64,000 nt of DNA from Squalus acanthias (lineage: Eukaryota): assembly GCA_030390025.1 (NCBI GenBank), contig CM059432.1:5270001-5334000 (forward strand), in the 5' to 3' direction. Positions within the stretch are counted from its first letter, which is position 1. Each line of letters begins with the position of its first letter. The notes under the pieces were generated by a model. That model did not search any database. It had not been told where the DNA came from and saw only the letters and a list, made by a program, of their open reading frames with translations. This document shows, piece by piece, positions 37,895 to 50,280 of the stretch. Position numbers and translations under genes: made by a program.

Positions 37895-38099
37895 GTGTAC
37901 AACCGGTGAGAATTGGTGGTATTCCGGCAAATACTGCGAGACTCCTGGCAAGCAAGAAGAAACGGTTGTGATTGCAGTGGCCTCATCTGTAGCCGTGTTC
38001 TTCGCCATGCTGATAATCACACTGCTCTGTGTATACTGTCTGAGACGCAAATACCAGAAGAAAAAGGGAATGAAGGATCAAGGCATGCATTTAGCCAAT
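37895..38099 (+). CDS. MEP1B: Meprin A beta exon 14 (EGF end, transmembrane helix, cytosolic tail)
   Basis: CTTGENWWYSGKYCE...VVIAVASSVAVFFAMLIITLLCVYCLRRKY; GTGAGT donor. Confidence 0.95.
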
Positions 38100-38159
38100 G
38101 TGAGTGTTTGAAATCGATCCATAAAAGATTGATTTTGAGTAAACCCAATATTTACATTC

Positions 38160-38470
38160 GGGGCATAGTCTCAGGATAAGGGGTCGGCCTTTTAAGACAG
38201 AGATGAGGAGGAATTTCTTCACTCAGAGGGTGGTGAATCCTTGGAATTCTCTACCCCAGAGGGCTGTGGAGGCTCAGTCGTTGGGTATATTCAAGGCTGA
38301 GATCGATAGATTTTTGGACTCTCGGGGAATCGAGGGATATGGAGATCGGGCGGGAAAGTGGAGTTGAGGTCGAAGATCAGCCATGATCTGATTGAATGGC
38401 GGAGCAGGCTCGATGGGGCCGAGTGGCCGACTCCTGCTCCTAATTCTTAAGTTGTTATCTTATGTTCTTA
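38160..38470 (+). mobile_element. CR1 3' end
   Basis: Same as other CR1 3' ends. Confidence 0.88.
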
Positions 38471-38831
38471 AATGCTTCTCGTGCCTAATTTGGCGACTGA
38501 TGGTAGATTTTCCGCCCAATAGACAGCTGCATTGTTTTTCTTCAGTTAACACAGGGAGCTGCCGTGCAATGACACGTTGGGCATCCACTGCCTATTGTCG
38601 GGTGCAGAGACGTGAAACCCTTAAGATAACTGGGGTGCCCACCATAGCTCAACGCCAGTGGTGAGCACAAAGGGGGCTGGGAAGCATTTTATGTCAACGA
38701 GCCTCCACCCAGCCCCCGCACCCCACCCCTCCCCAGAATGGATGGAGTACTTAAGCATTCCTCCCAGCCACAAAACACCATTTGGAGCAGGTGTTGAAGG
38801 GGAGGCCACTATTCATTGTTAGAAAAATAAT

Positions 38832-39580
38832 GGCCCGTCATTTCCGATAGGCGGCTTCCTGCGTGCGGATGCCTCCTATCGGAAAAAAAAATCTACGCCC
38901 TTACCTGAGGTGCTCCCGAGGTCCGGACACTTCCGCTCCTGGGCCTCTCCACAGTCGAAATGTGCAGGGCCCACGTATCCCAGGGGGCGCAGGTGGTTCA
39001 CAAGCGTCCCTGAGATCACGTGGGCCATGGGGAGCCAATGAAAGAAGGGAATCCCCCTTCATACTTTCGACAGATAGACCCGTCAAAAGTATGAATAGGG
39101 ATCAATGAAAAAAGACACTAAAACATTAAATACATTTTTTTAAAACCATCACGTTTTTAAAATGAGTTAAAATTACATTAAATTAAATATTTTAAACAAA
39201 AATTTAATTTTTTGAAAAAAATAATTCAAGTTTTTTACGGGGCTAAAAATAAACTTACCTTTTTTCAAAGTATTTTGAAATTATAAATGAGTGAAAAAAA
39301 TATATATATTTTTTTACTTTTTTAAACTCTTATGCTGGTAAAAGCAGGCGTAAGATTTCTAAGTGATTTCTGCGGGCGGAGGTTCTGCAGAAAGCGGAAC
39401 TCTCTGCCCGCAGAGGCCCTTCTCTCGGGCAGGCGTCCGATCTGTCAAGAGCATTCTTGACAGATCGGAAATGCCGGTTTTCAGCGCATGCGCTTGGCAT
39501 GCCTGAAACCAGTATTTCCGATGTCCCTGCGGGTGTGTACACAGCTCGTACACACCCGTAGGCAACGGAAAATACGGGCC
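38832..39580. mobile_element. Harbinger-like MITE family A copy 2 (uninterrupted)
   Basis: TIRs GGCCCGTCATTTCCG / CGGAAAATACGGGCC; TSD AAT. Confidence 0.85.
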
Positions 39581-39721
39581 AATGTTCCAGGGACCTCTTT
39601 GCTCCTTGTCCAGTGCTCTCCCAGGGCCCCTTGCCCCTTCCTCTCACATCCGACAATTGCCCAGCATACAACAGGCAGCCCATAGCCCTTCACTGGTAGC
39701 CAGCATCTGATATGGCGTGTC

Positions 39722-40095
39722 ATAGTAACCTAGGAACAGGAGGAGGCCATTCAGCCCCTCGAGCCTGTTCTGCCATTCAATGAGATCATGGCTAATTTGG
39801 ATCTTTATTCCATCTACTCGCTTTGGTTCTGTGACCCTTAATACCCTTACCTAACAAAAATCTATCAATCTCAGTTCTGAAATTTTCAATTGACCCCCCA
39901 GCCTCAACAGCTATTGTGGGGAGAGATTTCCTGATTTCCACTACCCTTTGTGTGAAGAAGTGCTTCCTGACATCACCCCTGAACGGCCTGGCTCTAATAT
40001 TAAGGTTATGCCCCCTTGTTCTGGACTCCCCTGCCAGAGGAAACAGTTTCTCTCTTTCAACCCTATCAACTCCTTTAATCACCTTAAACACCCCA
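39722..40095 (-). mobile_element. CR1 3' end
   Basis: ORF 39792-40091(-). Confidence 0.85.
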
Positions 40096-41074
40096 ATTTG
40101 TTCACATCATGAAAGATGTGCTGGAGTACCACAAATGGGTTGTCCAATGAGGTCAGTCAGGTCACCCCCCTTGTGTGCAATGCTGACCCCACAGTGTCGG
40201 AGACAGGATAATGTTAAAATTTGGCCCAAATTCTCTGGGTTCTGGTTCTGAATCCTGTTAATACTGCTTGGATAAAAGTCTAATAGTTACAAGGGTCCCA
40301 CAGAAATTGGGCGTAAATAATAGGTAATACTTTGAAAGACGTATTTCTGTCATTTCTTCGGCATCATAAACCCCGCCCCCCCTCACACAGAGTGCATTGT
40401 CTGATGGAGGCAAAAAGGGGCGAGGACTCAGTGTTACCGAGTCCTTTTCCAAATTCCACCCCCCGCCCAGAAACTTTCTTTTGCAGCCCCAGAGCGCAAG
40501 AATTTGGCCAAACTGACTGATGCTGGGGGTACATTTCCACAGGCTTCAGCAGCCCTCCGATACCCTACCCACCTCGCCATTCTTGATGAGAGAGTTTGGG
40601 CAGTAAGTGCTAGCAAGCTATTTGACTATGGTGGCATTGCATTCACACCTGATTCTGTCCTTGCCCAGTGCCCTCAGCTGCCCTTCCCAGAGTGCTCACT
40701 GGATAGCAAACAGGCGTGGGTATGCCAGCTTTAGATTTATTTTCCCCTCCCGAGTCCAGGGTGCATTTTCCAACAATTGCACCCTGTTCTACCTCAACTG
40801 AGATCAGGTAGCTCAGCACGTTTGGGGCAGTCATACCCTCTGGTCGGTATAGTTCGGCTATACCCTGGGCAGAGCACTTGCCAACGGACTGACTAAGGGT
40901 GATGAGGTTCATGTGTGTTTGGAAAAGGGAAGGGAAGCGGGAAGACCTCGGGACAATCTATTGATGTTTGGGCCGACCATATTATCATACGTCTTGTGCA
41001 TCTGATACTTTTTATTAGTTCGTATAAATTTGAAAATATCCTGTTTAAACAAAAAACATAGATGCAGAACTTAA

Positions 41075-41520
41075 GTTAGGTGGATAGACTAGAGAAGCTG
41101 GGGTTGTTCTCCTTGGAGCAGAGAAGGCTAAGAGGAGATTTGATGGAGGTGTTTAAAATCATGAAGGGTTTAGATAGAGTGAATAAAGAGAAACTGTTTC
41201 CAACGGTTGAAGGGTCGATGACCAGAGGCCACAGATTTAAGGTGATTGGCAAAAGAACCAGAGGCAACATGAGGAGAAACTTTTATACGCAACGAGTGGT
41301 TAGGATTTGGAATGCGCTGCCTGAGAGGGTGGTGGAGACAGATTCAATAGCAGCCTTCAAAAGGGAATTGGATAAATACTTGAAGGAGAAAAAATTGCAG
41401 GGATATGGGGAAAGAGCGGGGGGAGTGGGACTGACTGGATTGCTCTTCGAAAGAGCCGGCGCAGACTCGATGGGCCGAATGGCCTCCTTCGGTGCTGCAC
41501 TTTTCTAGGATTCTACGATT
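41075..41520 (+). mobile_element. CR1 3' fragment
   Basis: ORF 41080-41508. Confidence 0.9.
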
Positions 41521-41744
41521 AAGCAAAACAACTCCCTGCCCACCGCAAAAACCGCAAATTTGATTATTCTACGTGGATTATGTAACCTCCATGACATTTT
41601 ACAATTCACTTAGACAGTAAATTGGATTTGCCTCAACACGCTGCTCATTCTATATAAAAATTAATGGCGTTTTTCCGCTAGCTACACTCATCAGCTGATT
41701 GTTTCTCAGGGTGAACCGTTATAAACCAATTGTCTTTTCAACAG

Positions 41745-41756
41745 ACCCAAATGTGA
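41745..41756 (+). CDS. MEP1B: Probable last meprin A beta coding exon (TQM-stop)
   Basis: TGTCTTTTCAACAG acceptor, phase 0, stop, AATAAA at 41832-41837; alternative acceptor at 41709. Confidence 0.5.
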   Translation, partial: TQM

Positions 41757-41932
41757 AAAAACTGGACAGAAGTCTCAAGGCATGAAGAAGAAAGAGGACG
41801 ACTCGGGCAAGCGTGGCCTGAAGTAAATCCGAATAAATTTGCACAAATCAATGAGTGATCCGGTGATCTTTGCTTTCAAGATATTTGACATTCACCTGTA
41901 AAATTTGTATGAAGGTTGCGCATTGCATCACT

Positions 41933-42300
41933 TGATTTTAAAATTCTCATTCTTGTTTTCAAATCCTTCCGTGGCCTCGCCCCCCTCCCTATCTCTGTAA
42001 TCTCCTCCAGCCCCACAACCCACCGAGTTGTCTGCGCTCCTCCAATTCTGGCCTCTTGAGCATCTCCGATTTTAAAGGCTCCACCTTCAGCTGCCTGGGC
42101 CCTCGGCTCTGGAATTCCCTCCCTAAACCTCTCCGCCTCCTTTAAGACGCTGCTTAAAAACCTACCTCTTTGACCAACCTGCCCTAATATCTCCTCATGT
42201 GGCTCGGTGTCAGATTTTGTTCTATAATCGCTCCTGTGAAGTGCCTCGGGATGTTTCACTACGTTAAAGGCACCAGATAAATGCAAGTTGTTGTTGATGA
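41933..42300 (+). mobile_element. L2 3' fragment
   Basis: Match to 3705-4130. Confidence 0.85.
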
Positions 42301-42309
42301 TTTTAAAAC

Positions 42310-43092
42310 AAGGTTGTGGGTTCAAGTCTCACTCCAGGGACTTGAGCACATAAATCTAGGCTGACACTCCAGTGCAGTGCTGAGGGAGTGCTGCACTGTC
42401 GGAGGTGCCGTCCTTCGGATGAGACGTTAAACCGAGGCCCCGTCTGCCCCCTCAGGTGGATGTAAATAGATCCCACGGCACTATTTCAAAGAAGAGCAGG
42501 GGAGTTCTTCCCAGTGTCCTGGCCAATATTTATCCCTCAATCAACATCACTAAAACCGATTATCTGGTCATTATCACATTGCTGTTTGTGGGAGCTTTTC
42601 TGTGTGCAAACTGGCTGCTGCGTTTCCTACATTACAACAGTGACTACACTTCAAAAAATACTTCATTGGCTGTAAAACGCTTTGAGGCGTCCGGTGGTCG
42701 TGAAAGGTGCGATATTGAAACATACAAGATTCTGAGGGGGATTGACAGGGTAGATGCTGAGAGGTTGTTTCCCCTGGCTGGAGAGTCTAGAACTAGGGGG
42801 CATAGTCTCAGGATAAGGGGTCGGCCATTTAAGACTGAGAGGAGGAGGAATTTCTTCACTCAGAGGGTTGTGAATCTTTGGAATTCTCTGCCCCAGAGGG
42901 CTGTGGATGCTGAGTCGTTGAGTATATTCAAGGCTGAGATCGATAGATTTTTGGACTCTAGGGAATCAAGGGAAATGGAGATCGGGCGGGAAAGTGGAGT
43001 TGAGGTCGAAGATCAGCCATGATCTTATTGAATGGTGCAGCAGGCTCGAGGGGCCGTATGGCCGACTCCTGCTCCTAATTCTTATGTTCTTA
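42310..43092 (+). mobile_element. Deu-SINE followed directly by a CR1 3' end
   Basis: SINE to about 42712; CR1 IETYKILRG... to tail. Confidence 0.85.
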
Positions 43093-44329
43093 TAAAGGCA
43101 AGACTTTCTTTCTTTCTTTCTATTGCAACAAAATGCCAAACAAAAATCATTACAAAAAATAATGTAACAATAATCTAAGCTTGGACTGTAACGGCAGACA
43201 TCAAAATACCAACTCATTGCACACCACAGCTCAGGGGGTTTTGCGTATGACGTTATAGTCAACGTGCCCGCTGAGATTCGCGGCCGTGCTGCTGTCTGGA
43301 GGTCGTCGCGCCAAAGATGGCCACCGGCTTTTCAATGGGCATTTTCGTGCATACGCGAAATTTTGAACGGCCCGTTAAAGGGACCGCGCACCCGGAAAAA
43401 AATATTAGGGGCAACGTTGATTACGGTGGCTTCTTATATATTGTCACAGGGCGTAAATCAAGGTTTAAGAATGTGTTCTAAATCAGTGCTAGCAATGATC
43501 TTACAGTGATTCTCAACTCATTAGGAATGATAAGATTCTGAGTAAGAATGCAGTTACCGTCAGAAACATTTTTTCAAAACGAACGCTGGCAGTGTCTGTA
43601 AGCTGTGTTTGAGAAGTCTTGTAACTGTACGATCAATTACATCCACCAATTTCATAGAAACTTAATTAAACGAATTATCCCAACAAGTCTTGCATTCACC
43701 TTTTTCAAAAATGGAAACATTTAGCGTTTAGCACAGTGGTGTTCAGTGTTGAACCACTCACACACAGCATTACAAAATAAGAAGCCACAGGTCTGATTTT
43801 CCACCCCCCCAGACACTTTTTTTTCATTTCTCAGGACAGCATTTATTGCCCATCCCTAATTGCCCTTGAGAAGGTGGTGGTGAGCCACCTTCTTGAACTG
43901 GTGCAGTCCGTGTGGTGAAGGTTCTCCCACAGTGCTGTTAGGGAGGGAGTCCAGGATTTTGACCCAGCGACGATGAAGGAACAGCGATATATTTCCAAGT
44001 CAGGATGGTGTGTGTGACTTGGAGGGGAACTTGGAGGTGGTGGTGTTCCCATGTGGCTGTTGCCCTTGTCCTTCTATGTGGAGGAGGTCGCGGGTTTGGG
44101 AGGTGCTGTCGGACTTAGTCACTGATACATCTCCTTGCACAATGGAGTTACAATCAGGTGGTCAAGTCTGCCCGGGTTGTTCCTTTGTGTAACCTTTAAA
44201 CTGACCAAAGTGGAAGCAAGCTACCTGCCTACCTGGCTCCTGATTGCAGATGCATGGATTCTACAGATAATGGAGGGGAAAATAAGTCTATCTGCTCTTC
44301 TTAGATAGTAACCATAGAATCACCTGCAA

Positions 44330-45360
44330 TGGTTTCTCTTCCGCACTGTCACCTCTGGTGTCCCCCAAGGATCTATCCTTGGCCCCCTCCCATTTCCCAT
44401 CTACATGCTGCCCCTCGGTTACATCATCCGGCAACACAACGTGAGTTTTCACATGTACGCTGATGATACCCAGCTCTACCTCTCCTCCACCTCACTCGAA
44501 CCCTCCACCGTCTCTTTACTATCAGACTGCTTGTCCGACATCCAGCACTGGATGAGTAGAAATTTCCTCCGATTAAATATCGGGAAGACCGAAACCATTG
44601 TCTCCAGTTCACCCAATAAACCCAGTTCCCCTTCCACTGATTCCATCTCTCTCCCTGGCAACTGTCTAAGGCTGACCAAGTCTGTTCGCAACCTTGGTGT
44701 CATTTTTGATCATGAATTGTGCTTCCTACCTTATCACCAAGACCGCCCATTTCCACCTCTGGAATATCACCCGTCTCCGCCCCTGCCTCAGCCCATCTGC
44801 TGCTGAAACCCTCATCCATGCCTTTATCACCTCTACACTTGACTATTCCAACGCACTCCTGGCCGGCCTCCCTAGTTCTACCCTCCATAAACTTGAGGTC
44901 ATCCAAAACTCTGCTGCCCGTGTCCTAACTCGCACCAAGTTCCATTCACCCATCACCCCTGTGCTCGCTGACCTACATTGGCTCCCAATTAAGCAACACC
45001 TTGATTTCAAAATTCTCATCCTTGTTTTCCAATCCCTCCATGGACTCGCCCCCTCCCTATCTCTGTAATCTCCTTCAGCCCTAGAATCCCCCGAGACCTC
45101 TGTGCTCCGCCTATTCTGGCCTTTTGAACATCCCCGATTTCAAATACGCCACCATTGGCGGCCATGCCTTCAGCTGTCTAGGCTCTAAGCTCTGGAATTC
45201 TGGAATAAGACGCTCCCTAAAACCTATCTCTTCGACCAAGCTTTTGGTCATCTGCCCTAAGAGCTCCTTATGTGGCTCGGTGTCAAATTTTCTTTTTGAT
45301 AACACTCCTGTGAAGCACCTTGGGACGTTTTGTTACATTAAAGGCGCTGTATAAATACAA
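44330..45360 (+). mobile_element. L2 LINE RT and 3' end
   Basis: SGVPQGSILGP, YADDTQLY, LDYSNALL, QNSAARVL, LHWLP. Confidence 0.92.
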
Positions 45361-45502
45361 ATGGTATGTTGGCCTTTATTACAAGAGAATTTGAGTATAA
45401 GAGTAAAGACGTCTTACTGCAATTATATAGGGCCCTGGTGAGACCACACCTGGAGTATTGTGTACAGACTTGGTCTCCTTACCTAAGGAAGGATATACTC
45501 AC

Positions 45503-48500
45503 TGTGGTAACACAATACAGCGTCCTGTGACTCGAACTTTATTGCATCACTTCCTGTGATTAGTCCAGGATAAATACTGGACTGATCAGTTGGATCCTGG
45601 AGAGGCATAGAGTAAGACCTCTTTTGTATGTAGCACCTTTTTAGTTGATTAAAGCTTACTTTAAGTTCACCACGCGTAAGGCTCATTCTTACGACAATTT
45701 AATCAACTTTAGAAAACTTCGCACTCAAACTTTTTGGACGAACTCGGAACGAAGGATCCAGGGAATCATCCATCATGGAAAACATCCTTAAACCATCGCG
45801 TCTTGACTTGGACCCAAACACCCCAGCAGCCGGTAAGGGGTGGAAACACTGGTATCACACGTTTGACAATTTTCTTGAATATTGCAAGGCTGATGATGAC
45901 TCAAAGTTGCGGATACTCATTAACTGTATCACCCCGAATGTATTTCAGTATGTGGAGGAATGGGGCAGTTACGAGGAGGCAATTCGGACGCTTAAGAGAC
46001 TATATACTAAGACACCGAATGAGGTCTATGCCAGACATCTACTAGCTACAGCCCAACAAGGGCCGGAGGAATCCATTGATAAATTCCTCCAAGAGCTTCG
46101 CAGACTTAGTATGGACTGTAACTTTCAGGCGGCCTCAGCTGAGCTGTACCGTGAAGAAATGATCCGTGATGCTTTCATCTGCGGGCTTGCCTCCCCATTT
46201 ATACGCCAGCGTCTACTGGAAAGTAAGACACTTGAGCTTCAGAGAGCTTATGACATGGCTTGCTCTCTAGATCTGGCAAAAAGAAATGCAGACCTTTATA
46301 CAGTGCCCAGACCTCGGTCTGCTGCCTTAACTACAGTCAGGCAATTTAAGAGGCCACAGGTGAACTCTATTAGGGAGGACTTTATCCCTGACGATCAATC
46401 TGATGACTTCACTGATGAAGAGGATGATGACCCCACTGTGGCAGCCTCTTGGCAATCTAAGAAATGCTTCTTTTGTGGTGATGAGTTTCACCCTCGGAAA
46501 TTCTGCCCTGCTTGCAATGCGTTTTGCAGTCATTGCAACAAAAAGGGTCATTTTGCAAAGGTTTGCCTATCAAGAGCCTCTACGAGGGCTTATCAAGCTA
46601 AGTCCTACCGAACTGCCCCGGTAAGGGCCTATCAAGATGTTCCGGCTAAAATCTATCGTGCTTCCTCTCGGGTTTTCTCTCGAAGAAACACACCTAGAGT
46701 TTCAGCCACTCTTTGTGCAACAACACCAATTACAGCTGCTTGTCCTCAGAACCTATTCCATGCAGCTACAAAAGCATCAATTAATGGACATACTTTAGAT
46801 GCCTTAATTGACTCAGGTAGCACTGATAGTTTCATTAGGGAACAGATTGTTGCAGAGTTAAAGCTACATGTTTTCCCATCGGACCAGGCAATTGCGATGG
46901 CTCAGTCATCACTTAATACCAGAATTTCTGGCTTTTGTATGGTTGAAATAACACTTAATGGTCACAGGTATCCCTCCACCCGGCTTTCGGTGCTCAAGGA
47001 CTTATGTAGTGATCTTATCTTAGGGCTAGATTTTCAAAAGCAGCATAAGAAGCTCACCATTGAGTTCGGCGGATCCAAACCTGAACTCACTATTTCTAAT
47101 ATACGACCTCGATTACCGGTCTGTGCATTGTCAGCAGCTTCACTGGATGAACCCTCATTGTTTACCAGTATCCCTCCTCGATGCAAACCGATTATAACAA
47201 AGTCACGACGTTTCAGTCAGGAAGACCAGTCTTTTATTGCGGCTGAGATTTCTCGGCTTTTAGCAGAGGATATCATCGAGCCTTGTTCGTCGCCATGGCG
47301 CGCCCAGGTCGTTATTGTTAAGAACCCTCTACAACCTCACAAGAAACGGCTGTGCATTGACTATTCACAGACCATCAATCAATATACGGACTTGGACGCA
47401 TACCCATTGCCGCGCATCGATGATATGGTTAATAAACTGGCTGAGTACACGGTGTTCTCAACATATGATCTGAAAAGTGCCTATCATCAGGTACCCTTGA
47501 AGGTCTCAGACAAGCAGTATACGGCCTTTGAAGCCAATGGACGGCTGTATCAATTTTGTCGCCTCCCCTTTGGGGTCACTAATGGAGTGGCTGTCTTCCA
47601 GCGAGCAATGGATGACCTGGTCAAACAGGAAGACTTGAAGGATACGTTTCCTTATCTGGACAATATTACTGTCGCAGGTTGCAATCAGCGGAAACATGAC
47701 GCCAATCTCCAACGATTTTGGGATGCACTCCAGCACCGTAATTTGACATTAAATGCGGCTAAATCCATTGAGTCACAACCAACCATCAACATCCTTGGCT
47801 ATTGTGTGGGCAATGGCATCATTAAACCTGACCCTGAAAGGCTTCGCCCACTCCAAGAACTCCCGCCACCTAAGAATCTGGCCTCCTTGCGCCGGGCCCT
47901 CAGCCTGTTTGCATACTATGCTAAATGGATTCCTAACTTCTCGGACCGAATCCAACCTCTACTGAAGGCCAGCACATTCCCACTAGACACAGCGGCTGTT
48001 GCAGCCTTTAACCTCCTGAAAAAACAGTTGGAGAAAGCGGCTCTTCACTCCATCGATGAGAGTCTTCCTTTTGTTGTTGAGTGTGATGCCTCGGAGGTGG
48101 CGATCTCGGCCACTCTGAATCAGGAAGGTCATCCGGTGGCATTTTTGTCCAGGACTTTTCAAGGGGCTGAGCTACATTATCCTCCAGTCGAGAAAGAAGC
48201 TACAGCCATCATAGAGGCAGTACGGAAGTGGGGTCATTTCCTAGCTTGCCAGCACTTTACCTTAATCACGGACCAGCGATCGGTCGCCTTCATGCTCGAT
48301 AATCGAAAACGGACCAAAATTAAAAATAATAAAATCCAGCTTTGGCGGCTGGAATTGGCCTCTTTTGGTTACACCATCCACTATCGACCTGGCAAGGAGA
48401 ATATGGCTCCGGATACCCTCACACGAGCATTCTGCTCTGCCATGGCACCCTCTACGCTCGTAGACATCCATGATGGGTTGTGTCATCCGGGCGTTACTCG

Positions 48501-49941
48501 CATGCTACACTTCGTGCGGTCCCGAAATCTCCCATTCTCTACCGGGGATGTAAAGAAGATGTGCTCGGACTGCAGAGTCTGTGCGGAATTGAAACCTCAG
48601 TTTTTCCGCCCCTCGGGTGGTATACTCATACATGCGACCCAGCCAATGCAACGGCTTAGCATCGATTTTAAGGGGCCGTTGCCCTCTTCAACTCGCAACA
48701 CTTATCTATTGACCATGGTCGATGAGTATTCCCGTTTTCCGTTTGCCTTTCCCTGCCCCAATATGCTGACGACCACGGTTATCAGCTGCCTTGAGCAGGT
48801 ATTTGCTTTCTGTGGCATGGCATCCTATGTTCATTCGGATCGGGGCCCTTCTTTTATGTCAGGAGAACTCAAGGCCTATCTCTCGGAACGGGGTATTGCT
48901 GCCAGCAAAACGACGCCTTATCATCCGGTCGGAATGGGCAAGTCGAGCGTTTTAACGCTATCATCTGGAATGCGGTACGTCTGGCTTTGAGATCTCGGGG
49001 CCTACCTAACCAGCAATGGGAAGCAGTACTTCCAGACGCATTACACTCCACACGGTCCCTCCTTTCGACCGCCACAAATACGACGCCTCATGAACGGTTC
49101 TTCCGATTTCAGCGTCGCTCATCCTATGGGATATCTCTCCCGTCGTGGCTGACTGCACCGGGACCAGTGCTACTCCGAAGATATGTCCGGGCGTCTAAGA
49201 ATGACCCCCTGGTAGATGAGGTTGAGCTCACTGACGTCAACCCTACCTACGCCTATATTCGGTATCCTGACGGTCGGGAATCTACCGTGTCATTGCGGGA
49301 TCTGGCTCCCTGCCCGCCGAAACATAGAGGGACACCAGGGGATAAATTGTACCAGGCACATCTCTGGGCTCGCCAGGTGCCTCTCATCACGATCTGGATC
49401 TGACGCCGGCTGGTACCTCACTCCAGCGTGCCGACCTGGGGCAGACTGACTATGAGCCCGTCGGGGCTCGCACGCGCAGCCACGATCCACCCCGTACCGT
49501 ACGCTCGGAAACGGATCTGCCACAGCCCTGCCCGACACCCGTTCGGGCACCAGTACACAGTCAGGATCGTCCTGACCCCTCACAGAGCGGGCTGGATCAC
49601 TCGGACTCTGGTCCACGGCCCGCGGCGGGTAAACGGGCTAGGGGCCCTCTACCGCTACGAGAACCCAAACGGGTGCAGCTCTCCCTCGTCCAGCGGCTAC
49701 GAAATGGAGGGAGCATCCCGGCCTCCTAATCTTTTGGGGGGGGAGAATGTGGTAACACAATACAGCTTCCTGTGACTCGAACTTTATTGCATCACTTCCT
49801 GTGATTAGTCCAGGATAAAAACTGGACTGATCAGTTGGATCCTGGAGAGGCATAGAGTAAGACCTCTTTTGTATGTAGCACCTTTTTAGTTGATTAAAGC
49901 TTACTTTAAGTTCACCACGCGTAAGGCTCATTCTTACGACA
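45503..49941 (+). mobile_element. Full-length Ty3/Gypsy LTR retrotransposon
   Basis: 194-bp TG..CA LTRs (45503-45696, 49748-49941) with 2 mismatches; 5-bp TSD CTCAC/CTTAC; polypurine tract before 49748. Confidence 0.97.
45775..49403 (+). CDS. Gypsy gag-pol polyprotein, frameshifted near 48932
   Basis: Zinc knuckles CFFC..H..C and CSHC..GH..C; protease LIDSGS; RT YDLKSAYHQ, LPFG, YLDN; RNase H CDAS; integrase HHCC, IDFKG, HSDRG. Confidence 0.93.
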
Positions 49942-50280
49942 CTTACCATAGAGGGAGTGCAACGAAGGTTCACCAGACTGGTTCCTGGGATGGGGGGACT
50001 GTCCTATGAGGACAGATTGAGTAGACTAGGCCTATATTCTCTAGAGTCTAGAAGGATGAGAGGTGATCTCATTGAAACATACAAACTTCTTACAGAGCTT
50101 GACAGGGTAGATGCAGGGAGGATGTTTCCCCTGGCTGAGGAGTCTAGAACCAGCGATCACAGTCTCAGAATAAAGGGTTGGTCATTTAGGACTGAGATTA
50201 GAAGAAATTTCTTCACTCAGAGGGTGGTGAATCTTTGGAATTCTCCACCCCAGAGGGTTGTGGAGGCTCAGTTGCTGAGT

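Noticed and set aside
3471..41756. Meprin alpha (MEP1A) identity
   Set aside because: Propeptide, WWY EGF end, transmembrane segment and longer tail match beta; no furin-cleaved inserted domain
48920..48945. Programmed ribosomal frameshift in pol
   Set aside because: No slippery heptamer and the shift is in the integrase core; simple deletion or error is more likely
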